Below are positions 1 to 11,976 of a stretch of 64,000 bases of DNA, piece by piece. A model generated the notes under the pieces. That model saw only the letters and a list, made by a program, of their open reading frames with translations. It did no database searches and was not told where the DNA came from. The stretch spans positions 149,978,001-150,042,000 of the forward strand of contig NC_042997.1 of NCBI RefSeq assembly GCF_006345805.1, written 5' to 3'. The position numbers and the translations under genes are program-made. This DNA comes from Octopus sinensis. Taxonomy: Eukaryota. Each line of letters begins with the position of its first letter. Within the stretch, counting starts at the first letter, position 1.

Positions 1-1704
1 GATTGTTCAATTACCAGGCAATGTCGAAGCCTATTCTTAAAATAAAGGGTGTACATATTACTTTTAGCAAACGTTTTAACGAGGCAAGTTCGCGGGTTAC
101 TCAAAACGAATTTTACCAGTATAACTGCCGCTACGAATAAGAATATTGTTCATTAAAAAAAAAGAATATTAATAACTATTTCTTCGGTAGCATTTAATAA
201 CAATTTCATTAGATTCTAGAGTGTTGGTTTGTGCTATAAGGTTGTTTCCAAGAACATAAACAAATCTGTTCATCCTCGAGTATTATTACCTTAAGACATT
301 CAGGGATAATTATTCTGCACAGTCATCTAAATTTCAGCTGACGTCGTAAGACGTAAGTATATATGCGTAGACGGTTCTGTTCAGTCGCAAAATTTGCAAC
401 TGCCCTTAACCTTGGTTCATCCATTGATGTTTTTTGATGTTGTTCTTGTTGGGAATACTGTTTTTCTTGTTCATTCCAGCTTAGACATGTTTGAACAAAC
501 ATACGATCGAATGTATTCCAATCATAAACATACCGTCATATTATTTTCCGAAATACTGTATCTAGGAGTATCTAGGACCACAGTAGCTAATATGCTATTC
601 ATGTTTGCTTTTGTAAATGGATTTATGAGTTACGAGACATTTCAATACTATTTCTAGCAGATTAACTTTAATAAGAGTAACCACGTGCGTGTTTCCTCAT
701 TCACCTGTCTGTTGTAGCTTCTCCTGTTGCTTTTGCTTCAAAATCTACTTTTACTGCTATCTCTACCTCTGTGCTGCTTCTATCTCTATATATGACGTCG
801 TTCACACAATTGTTGTTGTTGCTTACTACACCTGAATGCAACTTACTGACCATTTTACTGTTCGTAAACTTCTTATCAAATATGGAAATACAGTCGCCAT
901 TGGTTATATTATTTTTATTGCTGTTCTTACTATTTAAGTCATTGTTGATATTCTTTGTACCACTGCGTTTAAAATCACAGGAACAGTTATTATGCCTTTA
1001 CATTCGATGCCTTTACGTTAGATATCGACATATTCCTTTATACCAGCAGCGACGATAAAATATTTTTTTCTCTCACCAATCAGGCAGTCCAATATAACGT
1101 AAATTCTTATTAAAGATCTTTTCATCTCTTTTCGCTGACAAATCTTCCCTGTAAGAGTTGACACAATACAGAGCAAACATTCACAATAAAAGAAAACCCT
1201 CCTATACTTGGATTTTGCTCTCTACAAAATCAAATTAGACTTGAACTTGGAGTATACATTTTAATTTATAAATAATGATTTTACTGCGTCTGTGATAATT
1301 GCAATTCCCAAGTTCTCGTAAATATTACGTCTTCCTTGAAATAGAATCATAATAATTGTCTCTCGTAGAGGCACATTGACAGAAATTTGGTGAGAAGATT
1401 GCAACTTCTATCGACTATAGTGCTTTCTCTATCCAAGAAAGATCGGAGGGAAATTTAACTTCGACGAGATTTGGACACAAAATATAAATGAATCGAACCG
1501 AATACCACAATGTTTATTTTTTTCTTTTTTGGTTGAGCCTCTATTTTTACGTTAAGTATGATAAAATAAACTGCATCTATATTTATATCATGAAATTTAG
1601 GAGTACCACTATTACAAACGATACAATGAGTACCAAAACTTGAAATACACTTCAGTAGTACTGCCAACATCCAGTCAATAAAATAGTTAACAGAACAATG
1701 GAGT

Positions 1705-1930
1705 TTATTTTTGTGTGTGTTTTTGTACCAGTGTTTGTCCTCCCCATCACGACTTGACAACCAGCGTTGGTGTATTTACATCTCGTAATCTTAGAGGTTC
1801 GGCAAAAGAGAGCAATATATTAAGTACCAGACTTTAAAATGATAAGTAGTGGGGTCAAGCCATTCAATTAAAATCCTTCAAGGCGGTGCTCCAGCATGGT
1901 CACAGTCAAGTGGCCAAAACAAATAAAAAT
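1705..1930 (+). mobile_element. SINE family A, 3' half
   Basis: Matches the 3' half of the copies at 28095 and 51445 (cttgacaacc...ggttcggcaaaagag...aaggcggtgctccagcatggtcacagtc). Confidence 0.8.
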
Positions 1931-1944
1931 GACATACATATAAT

Positions 1945-2262
1945 AGCCGTAGGCGTGGCTGTGTCGTAAGAAGCTTCCTTCCCAACCATATGATTCTGAG
2001 TTCAGTCCTAAGGCGTAACAACTTGGGCAAGTGTCTTCCACTATAGCCTCCAGCCGACCAAAGCTCCCCCAACATTGCTTGACAGCCGATGTTGATGTGT
2101 TTGCGTCCCTGTAATGTAGCGGTTCGGCAAAAGACACCGAGAAAATATGTACTAGGCTTACAAAGAATAGGTCATGGGGACAATTTGTTCCATTACAGGC
2201 GGTGCTACAGCGTTGCTTCAGTTAGATGACTGAAACAAGAAAAAAAAATAAAAGAATAAAAG
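1945..2262 (+). mobile_element. SINE family A (tRNA head, CORE-like block), internally deleted
   Basis: Head ggcgtggctgtgtcgtaag, B-box-like gagttcagtcc, block cttgggcaagtgtctt, then direct junction to the 3' half and an A-rich tail. Confidence 0.85.
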
Positions 2263-2289
2263 AATATATATGTATGTATATATATATAT

Positions 2290-2754
2290 AAACCCCAAAA
2301 AGAACAACAACAACACGGGGACGTGGTACATGTAAAGTATTAGCAGACGCTCAGTGAAGGAAAGGAAGATGGTTTAACTTTTCGAGCAACGCTCTTCTTT
2401 GGAAACAGGGGAAAGTCCGCTAGAAAGGAAGACGGAGGACCCCAGCCTTTTAACTGACTTTGGGCTACCTAATTCGTGGAATTCTTTCTACCATTGGATT
2501 ACATTAACTTGTTCCTTCAGAATACGCCATTACTGCACCTTGATTGTGAATCATATATATGTTTTTGTTTTTATGTTTTTATGTTTCTCATTGTGGTCAA
2601 CGTTTTTTGATGCCCTGTACCCATATATGCATATGTATACACATATATGCATATGTATACACATATATATAGGTATTTACATATATGTATGTATATATGC
2701 ATATATTTATATATTATTTATATCACACACACACACACACACACACGCATATAT

Positions 2755-2817
<63 letters not shown>

Positions 2818-3260
2818 TGTACAGGTATCTAGAAGACCCAAGAGTGTCGGATAACGCTAAGTAAGTGCTCTAAGTGCTCTTATAATATATAACGGGAAGC
2901 TTTATGAAATAAACAAAAGACGAAGGCAGGTGGAATACAAACAAACAATTGTATTAGTATGGCACTGAGGAATATAAATAAAACAAGTCGTTTACGTTTC
3001 GAGACTACGCTCTTCAACAGAAAGATACACAGAAAAGAAACACGGAGAGAAACAAGGAGAGAAACAAATGCGTGCAAAAGCTAGCGAATCAACATATATA
3101 TGCATATATGGGTACAGTACGTCACCATCAGTAAGTAACATGAAATACGAAAACAAATGGGTTAAATACGCAAACAACGGGAGAAACAAATGGAAAACTG
3201 GACAAGTAACACAAAGAACGACCCTTCATCAATTTTCGACTGTCTCTCTTCTCTTCGTAT
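2290..3260. mobile_element. Cluster of probable Penelope-like terminal remnants in opposing orientation
   Basis: Inverted pair ctgtacccatatatgcatat (~2616) / atatgcatatatgggtacag (~3098). Degenerate minus-strand minimal hammerheads near 2375-2410 and 2990-3025 (ttgaagagcgtagtctcgaaacgta). The same end motif recurs at ~57655. Confidence 0.45.
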
Positions 3261-3279
3261 ATACATACACACACATATG

Positions 3280-3310
<31 letters not shown>

Positions 3311-3399
3311 ATATATATATTCATATATACATACATATAGACATACATAAATATATACGCATATATACACACGCATACATATATATACATATACATACG

Positions 3400-3446
<47 letters not shown>

Positions 3447-3581
3447 TCAAACATACATATCTACATATATAGAAGTGTACCTGTGTCTGTATGCATGTAT
3501 GTGTATGTGTTTCTGTGTGTTGTGTGCACACATAGAAGTCATTACTCACACGAGGACAAAAACTTTGTGCACATAACTTAT

Positions 3582-3688
<107 letters not shown>

Positions 3689-4560
3689 CACCCGTACTCA
3701 CAAGAATAACAGATTAAAAAAAGCCTAAATTTTTGGTGGTGATGCTGATGATGATGATTATGATGAAGATTGAGGAGAGGGTTGTGAAGGAGAGGTCGAT
3801 AGGAGGAGAGAAAAATGAACTTGGTTATCAGTCATCGACCTTTTCACTTCGAGTGGCACGTGACCGAAGCTTTTCCTCCACCTTCTTATCCTACTCACCA
3901 CTTACAGCTGCGTCAGGTCTTCAATACTACTTATGAGCTGCTGCTGTCACGTTGTATACACATGCAGACCAGACATGTGTGTGAATGTGTGTGTGTGTGT
4001 TGTGTGTGGTGTGTGTGTGTGTGTGTGTAAGTGAGTGAGTGAGTAAAAGAATGTGTAAGTATGTATGTATGTATGTATATATGTATGTATGTATGAAGTA
4101 AAGGCAGGTCACGAACTGGTCCAAATGGTTTTCTCTTTTGTCTATGTATTTATTCATTTGTTTATAATAAATGTTCAACGTTGTCTCAACGATCATCATC
4201 AGCTACCTTCTCCTAGTTCTCTTTTTTTTTTCTTTTTCAAGAGTAGTTTATATAGCCCCGGAATGGATGATGACTAGCTGACATTGAATCGGCTGTTTGT
4301 GTGGATTGATGGATGAAGCGAGAACGGCGTGGCCATAGATGAAGGATGAGGGTCTGCTGAAAGGATCAGTAATGTTTTTTCTTTGTTGAGTTCAATTCAG
4401 TACAAAGTACACGTTTTGAATTTCAGAGTATATATTTATTTAATGATTGCTGATATCTGGCACGCGGTCAGGCATTTTGTAAGAGCATGTGTCGTTGATT
4501 GAATTACTGCTCTCGACAAGATTTACAAGTAATAATGTCCATATAAGTAAGAACTTATCA

Positions 4561-4720
4561 TTTATCTTTTACTTGTTTCGACCATTGGACTGCTGCGATG
4601 CTGGGGTACAGTTTGGAAGCGTTTAGTCGAACAAATTGCCCCCAATGACTAGGTTATTAATTCTATTCCTTCTTTTATCTGCCTTTTGCCAAGCCATTAA
4701 GGGGATATACACTAACCAGC
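4561..4720 (-). mobile_element. SINE family A, degraded 3' part
   Basis: Reverse-complement similarity to the family A tail (ttttacttgtttc...ttagtcgaacaaat). Confidence 0.6.
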
Positions 4721-4769
4721 ATCAATTTTCAAAACAGACAAAACCACACACACATTTACACACACATAT

Positions 4770-4822
<53 letters not shown>

Positions 4823-5375
4823 ACACATCTATAGCACATGATAACAATGTTTCATTATATTAAAATTTTGATTAGGACTTTGATTTTATTGCATAGTTAA
4901 GGAAAAAAAGGGACGGGCCGAAGAAGCAGAATATTATTATAGATAACTGTTTTAATATTTTCACTCCTCTCTCTAGGTAATTTGTGCTGTTGAGGTTCTC
5001 GAGAAGTTTGAACCCATGGTTTGGCGGGTACTTTTGTTTAAACCTAGGAAACACCTGATCGAGAAAATGTGCAGTCATACGTTTCTAATAAATATTGGTT
5101 CTGATATTTATTCAGGCAAATACCGAATGAGCCTTTCATTTTATAAGACCGCCTGTTTACATTCTGAAGACGTTTGGCTGGTATATCTAGCATGGTGGGA
5201 GTTCTGTAGAGTTCACCATTGTAGGCTAGTACTTTGTTTATTGAACGTGGATTGTTGAGAAATAAAGTTTACGTTGAGATTTCATATCAGAAGGCAAGAA
5301 ACTAGGACAGTTTCACAAGAAATTTCATTCGGTGATCTAACGACTCTGCCAATTTAAAGTCTATTATGTGTTTTA

Positions 5376-5490
5376 GGCGCAGGCATGATTATGTGGCTAA
5401 GAAGCTCGTTTTGCCGTCACAAGGTGTCGGGTTCAGTGCCGCTGTGCGGCACCTTGGGCAAACCCGTTCTCCTACAGCCTCGAGCCGACG
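5376..5490 (+). mobile_element. SINE family A head
   Basis: ggcgcaggcatg...gggttcagtgccgctgtgcggcaccttgggcaaa. Confidence 0.75.
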
Positions 5491-6154
5491 CGCACACATA
5501 CATACTCATACGTAAGTATGCAAGAGTGTGTACGTATGTGTGCGCGCGTGTGTGTGCGTATATGTGTGTGCGCCGGTGCATGTTCGTGTGTTTGTGTCTG
5601 TGTGTGTGTACGTGCACGAATACGTGTGTGCATGTGTGTGTGTTTGCATGTTCATAGGTCCCATTAGTATTAATTAGATTCTAAAATAAAACAAAACAGA
5701 CCAGAGAGTGAACCAAGTGAATTAACTAATGTTATTGGTCCGAAAGCAATGACTTATAGACAAGCTTGGAAATCTTTGCTGGTAGTTTTTAAAAGCGGAT
5801 TAGAGATGTACGAAATTAATTACTACAAAGTAGTTACTTTCTTAAATTACCTTTAACGGCCATTCCACTATCATAGTTTAGTCTTATTTGCACATGTGTA
5901 TTTTTAAATTAGCTATGATTTCGCATATCAGTGCCAGTGTGATTAATTTTTAAAATATGAATATAGCCGATATAATATGCAAATTATGTATATAGAGCAT
6001 GAATATGAGTAAAAATTATGAATATACCTGATATAATGAAATAATGAAATATCATAGACATATGATATTTTCGAAAACAAAACCGCACACACACACACAC
6101 ACACACACACGCGCGCGCACACATACACACACACATTTATAGCACATGATAACT

Positions 6155-6297
6155 ACCCTTGGGTACGAGCCGACCAACTCGGCGCCGGCCCGTAACTCGT
6201 TTGCAGAGGATTCGCACCGGCGTCGATCCCGGGACAGTACGGCTACCTGCATGGCCACAGCTTTCGGGCTGAAACATTTTTAAGGATTTAAGGATTA
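6155..6297 (+). mobile_element. GC-rich 3' end of a retroposon with the shared stem-loop and an (AAGGATTT) tail
   Basis: Ends in gcatggccacagctttcgggctgaaac followed by a short tandem tail; same motif as the LINE 3' end at 62888-62926. Confidence 0.6.
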
Positions 6298-6392
6298 TAT
6301 GATTTAGACGGCGGAGGAATTTGAACGTGAACTCATGATTACTAATTTAGTATGTTTACTTTGGTGCATATTTTATTCATATTTTACTACAT

Positions 6393-6566
6393 AAGGTAGT
6401 GAGCTGGGCAAAATGCTTAGTGGCATTCGTCTGTCTTTATGTTCTGAGTTCAAATTCCGCCTTTCATCATTACTGGGTCGATAAAATAAGTACTACCTGA
6501 GATATGGAGTTGATGTAATCGACATTTCCCCTCCCTGAATTTGCTGGCATTGTGCCAAAATTTGAA
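6393..6566 (+). mobile_element. SINE family B (tRNA head, Meta-like domain)
   Basis: gagctgg...ttctgagttcaaattccgcctttcatc...gggtcgataaaataagtac...tgtgccaaaatttga. Confidence 0.8.
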
Positions 6567-9455
6567 GCGAATATGATACTGCGGATATAGATATATTAAT
6601 CACTTTTGTGCTTCGTCACACGAGAAGAGCTTCTCATTCATGATGAATATATGTTCATAACACACTCGATTAATTAGAACATGAGATTCTAGGATAACTG
6701 AAGTTTCTCTAAGGCAATGTCTCATCAACCAGCAGAAATCCCAGGACAAATGAATCTATCAAGAAGTGACACACTTGTTTATAATTTCAATGATCAGTTT
6801 GTTCGCTGATCCGTGGTGATATTTGCCATTCGATAATAAATCGTTAGATGCAAAAGGTTATATATTTATTTCAGGAGGGCTCGCAATCTTGTTTATCCAA
6901 ATAGACAAATACAGGTGCATCAAATAGTATACAATATAAGTTCTTGATTTATTAGAATGTTCAAGTTATTTAATTTCATCCTTTAATGGCTGAGATTAGC
7001 CATTAAAGGTTGAAATTAAATAACCAAATGAGAATTAAGACCGAGTCCACTTGAGAAGGGAAGGTAATTTCAAGATTCAAGTTTATCCCGATACGACACT
7101 AAAGAAAAAAACACTCTTATTGTCTGGAAATCAGAGAATAGTCATTGGTGTGGTTTACTGGCTCAAAGGTGGCATTGGCATGACAGTTGCTCGGCAATAA
7201 CTCCAATAGCCAAGGAACTGAGACTTATACAAATATGAGTAAAACATATTTATGGTCGAGGGAATTTGTATAATTTTAGCAAGAATGAGCTAAGTGGAAT
7301 AGCTGAAAGTTGCCAGTGGCACGTATTTGAACAACATAGACAAATACATGTATATTAAATAACATGCGATATAAATTCGTGATTCACTAAAATCACCCCA
7401 GCCTCTAGATGCATCATAATAACCAAATGGCATTTAATACCGGCTCAACTTGAGAAGGGAGATAACCTCAAATCCAAAGGCTTCTCCAATATCCAAGGCT
7501 TCACGAGATAACCTCAAGATCCAAGGCTTCTCCAAAGTTGAAATGACATTATGGGAAAGGACAGACTTATCGCTTACTGATAAGGGGTGAGTTGTGGACA
7601 TGTGTTTCTGGATCAACAAGTGTCATCTTCTGGTATATCAGAGTGGTAAGAATGTCGGATCAAATGGGTTTATATATATACATCCCGGTTCTTTACATCT
7701 GGATTCAGATATCACTGAGGACAACTTTTGACAACATTGCCTTTCATCACTAAAATAAACCAAAGTGTCTGTCTATGGAAGTAAACTGACAGAATTGTTA
7801 AAGCTTTGAACAAAATTTTTAAGTTGTTTTGCTAGGGCTCTTTACGTTCTCATTTTTGCTGCATCGATACAAGTACGAAATCCTATCAGACCTAGTCTAT
7901 CCGTTGGATAATATCGGCGACTTGGAAAGGAGAGCCCTGCTAAAATCGTAACTTGATATTCCATTCAACGGGGGAAAAAAAAACCCAGGATCATTCACGC
8001 GCATTCACACCAGAGAGAAAAACTCCAGGTGCAGAAAGATATCAACTTTTGAACTTAGAAATGCATTCCTGTACATGGTTCGTTCTTATTTTATTGATTT
8101 TGAACAACATAAACAAAAAGAGATCAATAGATAAATAATGCTTCTACATTCCTCGTTCCTGCTTTTGGTCTGCTTCCAGCTACTACAGTATGCTATCTTC
8201 CACAAGGCCTTATACTTTTAAAACAGTGGAGTATGGTATTTTGTTCTTGTGCATATATCTGTACATATTTATATATGTTACGTATGCGTGAGAATTTTTT
8301 CATCTACGTATGTGTATTTACTACTACTAGTCATCTTTCTAAATGGAAAGAGATTCCTGGATGCTTTAATAATTGTAGTTCCTAATTCATCGTTCAACAT
8401 GGCTGAAGCTTCGAGTTACTACCTGCCTTCTTCACTCTAGCTCTTGCCTTTCTCATCCTTCGATCACCACGCATCCTATCCATACCTCCTATCACACCCC
8501 CTCTCTCTTTCCATCTCCCTCTGTGTCTCTATCTTGTCTCTTTTCTCTCTCCCTCCCCTCCCATCTCCCCCTTTTCATCTCCCCCTTCTCTCTCAATCAG
8601 ATTGCTGACAAGATCCAAAAATGTTAGATTGTTGACGTCTCACATCAACAGTTATTCTTATTAGGTTTATATCTTTCTTGAAAGAACTAGGAATGAGAAA
8701 CTAAACAATCCCCTTGAATTAAGTATGTTCAGTCAATTACTGTTTCTCAGGTATTCGATTATCATGTAAAACATAATTAACAATTAGTTGTATAAAATCC
8801 GTAGAAATTAACAAGCAATATGAAATAATAAAACTGCAACACAATGGAATCAAAGTAAACTTTAAACTTGACCTATGTTTAAAGTATTCACAAGAGGACG
8901 TGTGTAGGTTTATAGGTTATTTTATAGTTACAAGCCACATCAGCTAATATCAGCTCTTACTTGCTATGTTAACGCTTAATTCGTATTAATAGTGTACAAT
9001 ATTAGTATAAGATCACATACGATAACGAGTCCATTGAATGACCTTTCAGTATGTTAACGATATTTATCTTTATCGATCCTAGAGTCACAAAAGATAACGT
9101 CTCCTTTAACACTATTTGAAATTAGAACGTGTGGGGACGAGACAATGCAAAAAGACATTTTGTCTGGCATTAACTCTATAGGAAAACAATTACTTCCGAC
9201 AAAGACACAAAGACCAGATCAAAAATATTTGAGGGCAGGGTTACACCAGTAAATCTGGCTGGAAAAGTGCATGACAAGATTGCACTCAGAATGCAGCGAG
9301 CAAGAAATATACTGCAAGTATTTTGTCATGTTTTAATGATTCTGCTAATTTGTCACTCTTACGAAAATAATTGTTTCTGATTTAGGCACAAGGCCAAGTT
9401 TTTAGAGCTCAGAAGGTTTTAAAGATATGGTGTTATTTGATTGCACCGAGCCCTT

Positions 9456-9680
9456 TACGGGGGTGAGGGTGCTGAAAAGTACCTGGTTTTAAAGGTATCG
9501 CAAAAGGCCTAGTGAAGGCCCAACCTTCCGAGTTCATTTACAGAGCTCAGAAAAACTGACGGACTGCTGCAATGATTGTGTGAACCTGAGAGGGCAATAT
9601 GTTGGATAAGATCATGATAAACTGATCCTTCTATTTTTTTCTTTTACGCAAAGCCAGGAACTTTACAGCACTTCTTTGTA
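9456..9680 (+). mobile_element. Internally deleted mariner derivative (MITE)
   Basis: Imperfect TIRs gtgctgaaaagtacctggtttt / aaagccaggaactttacagcac, TA flanks, and a transposase C-terminal remnant CVNLRGQYVG*. Confidence 0.7.
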
Positions 9681-11555
9681 AATTGATTGGTAATTAAACT
9701 TTATCGCACCCAGTAGGGTGAAAGGGAAAGTTAATCTCAGTGAGAATTGAACTCAAAACGTAGAAAACCGAGAAAATTATCACAAAGCATTTGTTTACAA
9801 TTTATAATGGTTCTGTTAATCAACCACCCTTATATTTATAATAATAAGGATTTAGTCTTAGTCACAACAGCTGGAGAAGCATTTGAATCGAGTCCCACTA
9901 GTTATTCTCTGCTTCATAGTTTATCTGGAAAGGTGAACAATCTAGCTCACACTTGCTGGGTTTGAACTCACAATTTAATATAATTTGACTAAATACTGGT
10001 GATTTGTTTTGAAGCTTTCTATAGTTTGTACTACCTACTGCTCTTTACCTATAAAAATAATGAGTTCTAACTTTGGCACAATGCAACATATTTGAGAAGG
10101 CGCTATTGTCCTTAATATTTCCATATTTTAGTGACTGAGGAGGGATGAAAGATTCAGATGACCCCGGTGAGAATTAAACACAGAAGTGCATAAAGGAAGA
10201 GTAACTAAATACAGTAAGACATTTGATATGGCACTTAACTGTTTCTATTACCCTCCACAGTACCCTATATTTATAATAACTTTACGCTGTGAACGGATGC
10301 AGTAGTTATAAGTACATAAAGGAACAACTTGATGCTGCCATTAATTTTAATTGAAATTTCTACAGTTCCGCCTTCTGACATAGAGTTCATATGATTTTTT
10401 TCTTTTCTTTTTTATTGTTAATCTTAAGAAAAGAAAGACCGAAATAATTTTGTCCTTTACAGAAACTGCAATTAAAATTGTCTCAAATGTCACATTTGAC
10501 ATATGTTGGACGTGACCATATGACATTCTCCCTTATTTCAATTACCAAGCATCAGATGTTACCTCAATTTACTTTTTCGGTAATGATAATAGACAAGGCT
10601 TTTTAAAGGCAGAGGACAAAATTCTTTTAAGTTCAATTCCTAAAGAGTTTAGTTTTGCCCTTCATCTCTGGGATCATTAAATAAGGACTAGAATTCAATG
10701 AAATAACTACAACTTAATTCTAGAACGTGGACGTGTACCTATGAGAAGACTTTATTTAATAAGCGTTATACGGCAGTATTGATGAACGATAATCACAATT
10801 TGTATTCCTTTTTTTGTCCGGCGTTGAAAACACGGCGAAGTCACAATCTCCTTCAGTCCTTTTGAAATCTGTAAAACAAATATCCTTCAAGTGCAGGACA
10901 TGATATCATACGAATATTTTCACACCATTCCCCATTTACAAAGAAGAAGAAAACAGTTACATTTACTTAGTAACTATAACAGGTGATGCGAAGATGCTTT
11001 AAAGTGGACGAAGCAGAAAGTACCCACAACATTCCTATCAAGTCAGAACTGCATCAGCTTCTCTATCACTTGAAATGGAATGAGAGTGGAATAAAAATTG
11101 GTAAAACCTAGTTCAGTAAGTTTCAAATTTCTTGAAATGCAAGTGAAAATAAGGCGATTTAATAAACTAAACTGACAGTCTCATTTGACTGAAAGAGCGC
11201 AGGGGTGTTATGTCAGATAACGCACTCGAAACGGAGATTTTCGTGGTTTTTTGAGTACGTTGATATTCCTAAGTCTATCAAGTTATTCAATTTTATTAGA
11301 TATTTTATTATATATATATTTTACTTATGCGTGTGTTTCTGAACGCATGGACATGAAGTACCCGATACCCATGGATACGACGAACTGCACTGTTATCATC
11401 CCAGGAATACGGACAAGGATCTTAAGAAACCTGTGATTTGAGGAAACACGTGTAGCGATGCATTAAAATATTAATAAATTCCATCCAAGGATTATTATTG
11501 TTATTACTATATATGTGAATGTATATATATATATATATATATATATAGCAAAAAC

Positions 11556-11615
11556 TTCTAGCAAAACTGTCTGATGAACGGCAACGAGAAACTCAGAGTA
11601 ACAGATTTTGTTGAA
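11556..11615 (+). ncRNA. Type I hammerhead ribozyme motif (Penelope-type minimal)
   Basis: Stem I aaaactgt/acag(a)tttt; CTGATGA 11571-77; short stem II cg-gcaa-cg; GAAA; stem III actc-a-gagt; GTA cleavage triplet 11598-11600. Confidence 0.75.
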
Positions 11616-11616
11616 T

Positions 11617-11650
<34 letters not shown>

Positions 11651-11653
11651 ATA

Positions 11654-11712
<59 letters not shown>

Positions 11713-11869
11713 TACATATATATATATTATATATATATATATATATACATATATGTATATATTTACATATATATATAGTGTGTTTGGGTATGTGTGTGTT
11801 TGTGTGTGTTTGTATGTGCTTGTGATCTTGGTTATTTACGAGCCAGGATCTTCTTCAGATCTGATCGGT

Positions 11870-11910
<41 letters not shown>

Positions 11911-11912
<2 letters not shown>

Positions 11913-11976
11913 CTGAGCTGATGAAGGAAAAGTGGCGTTTTACCCACAAATCCAGAAACAGACTGTCCTCAGGTAT
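11911..11976 (+). ncRNA. Type I hammerhead ribozyme motif
   Basis: Stem I atctgag/ctcaggt; CTGATGA 11918-24; stem II gga..gtgg/ccac..tcc; GAAA 11955-58; stem III acag-a-ctgt; GTC triplet 11965-67. Confidence 0.8.
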
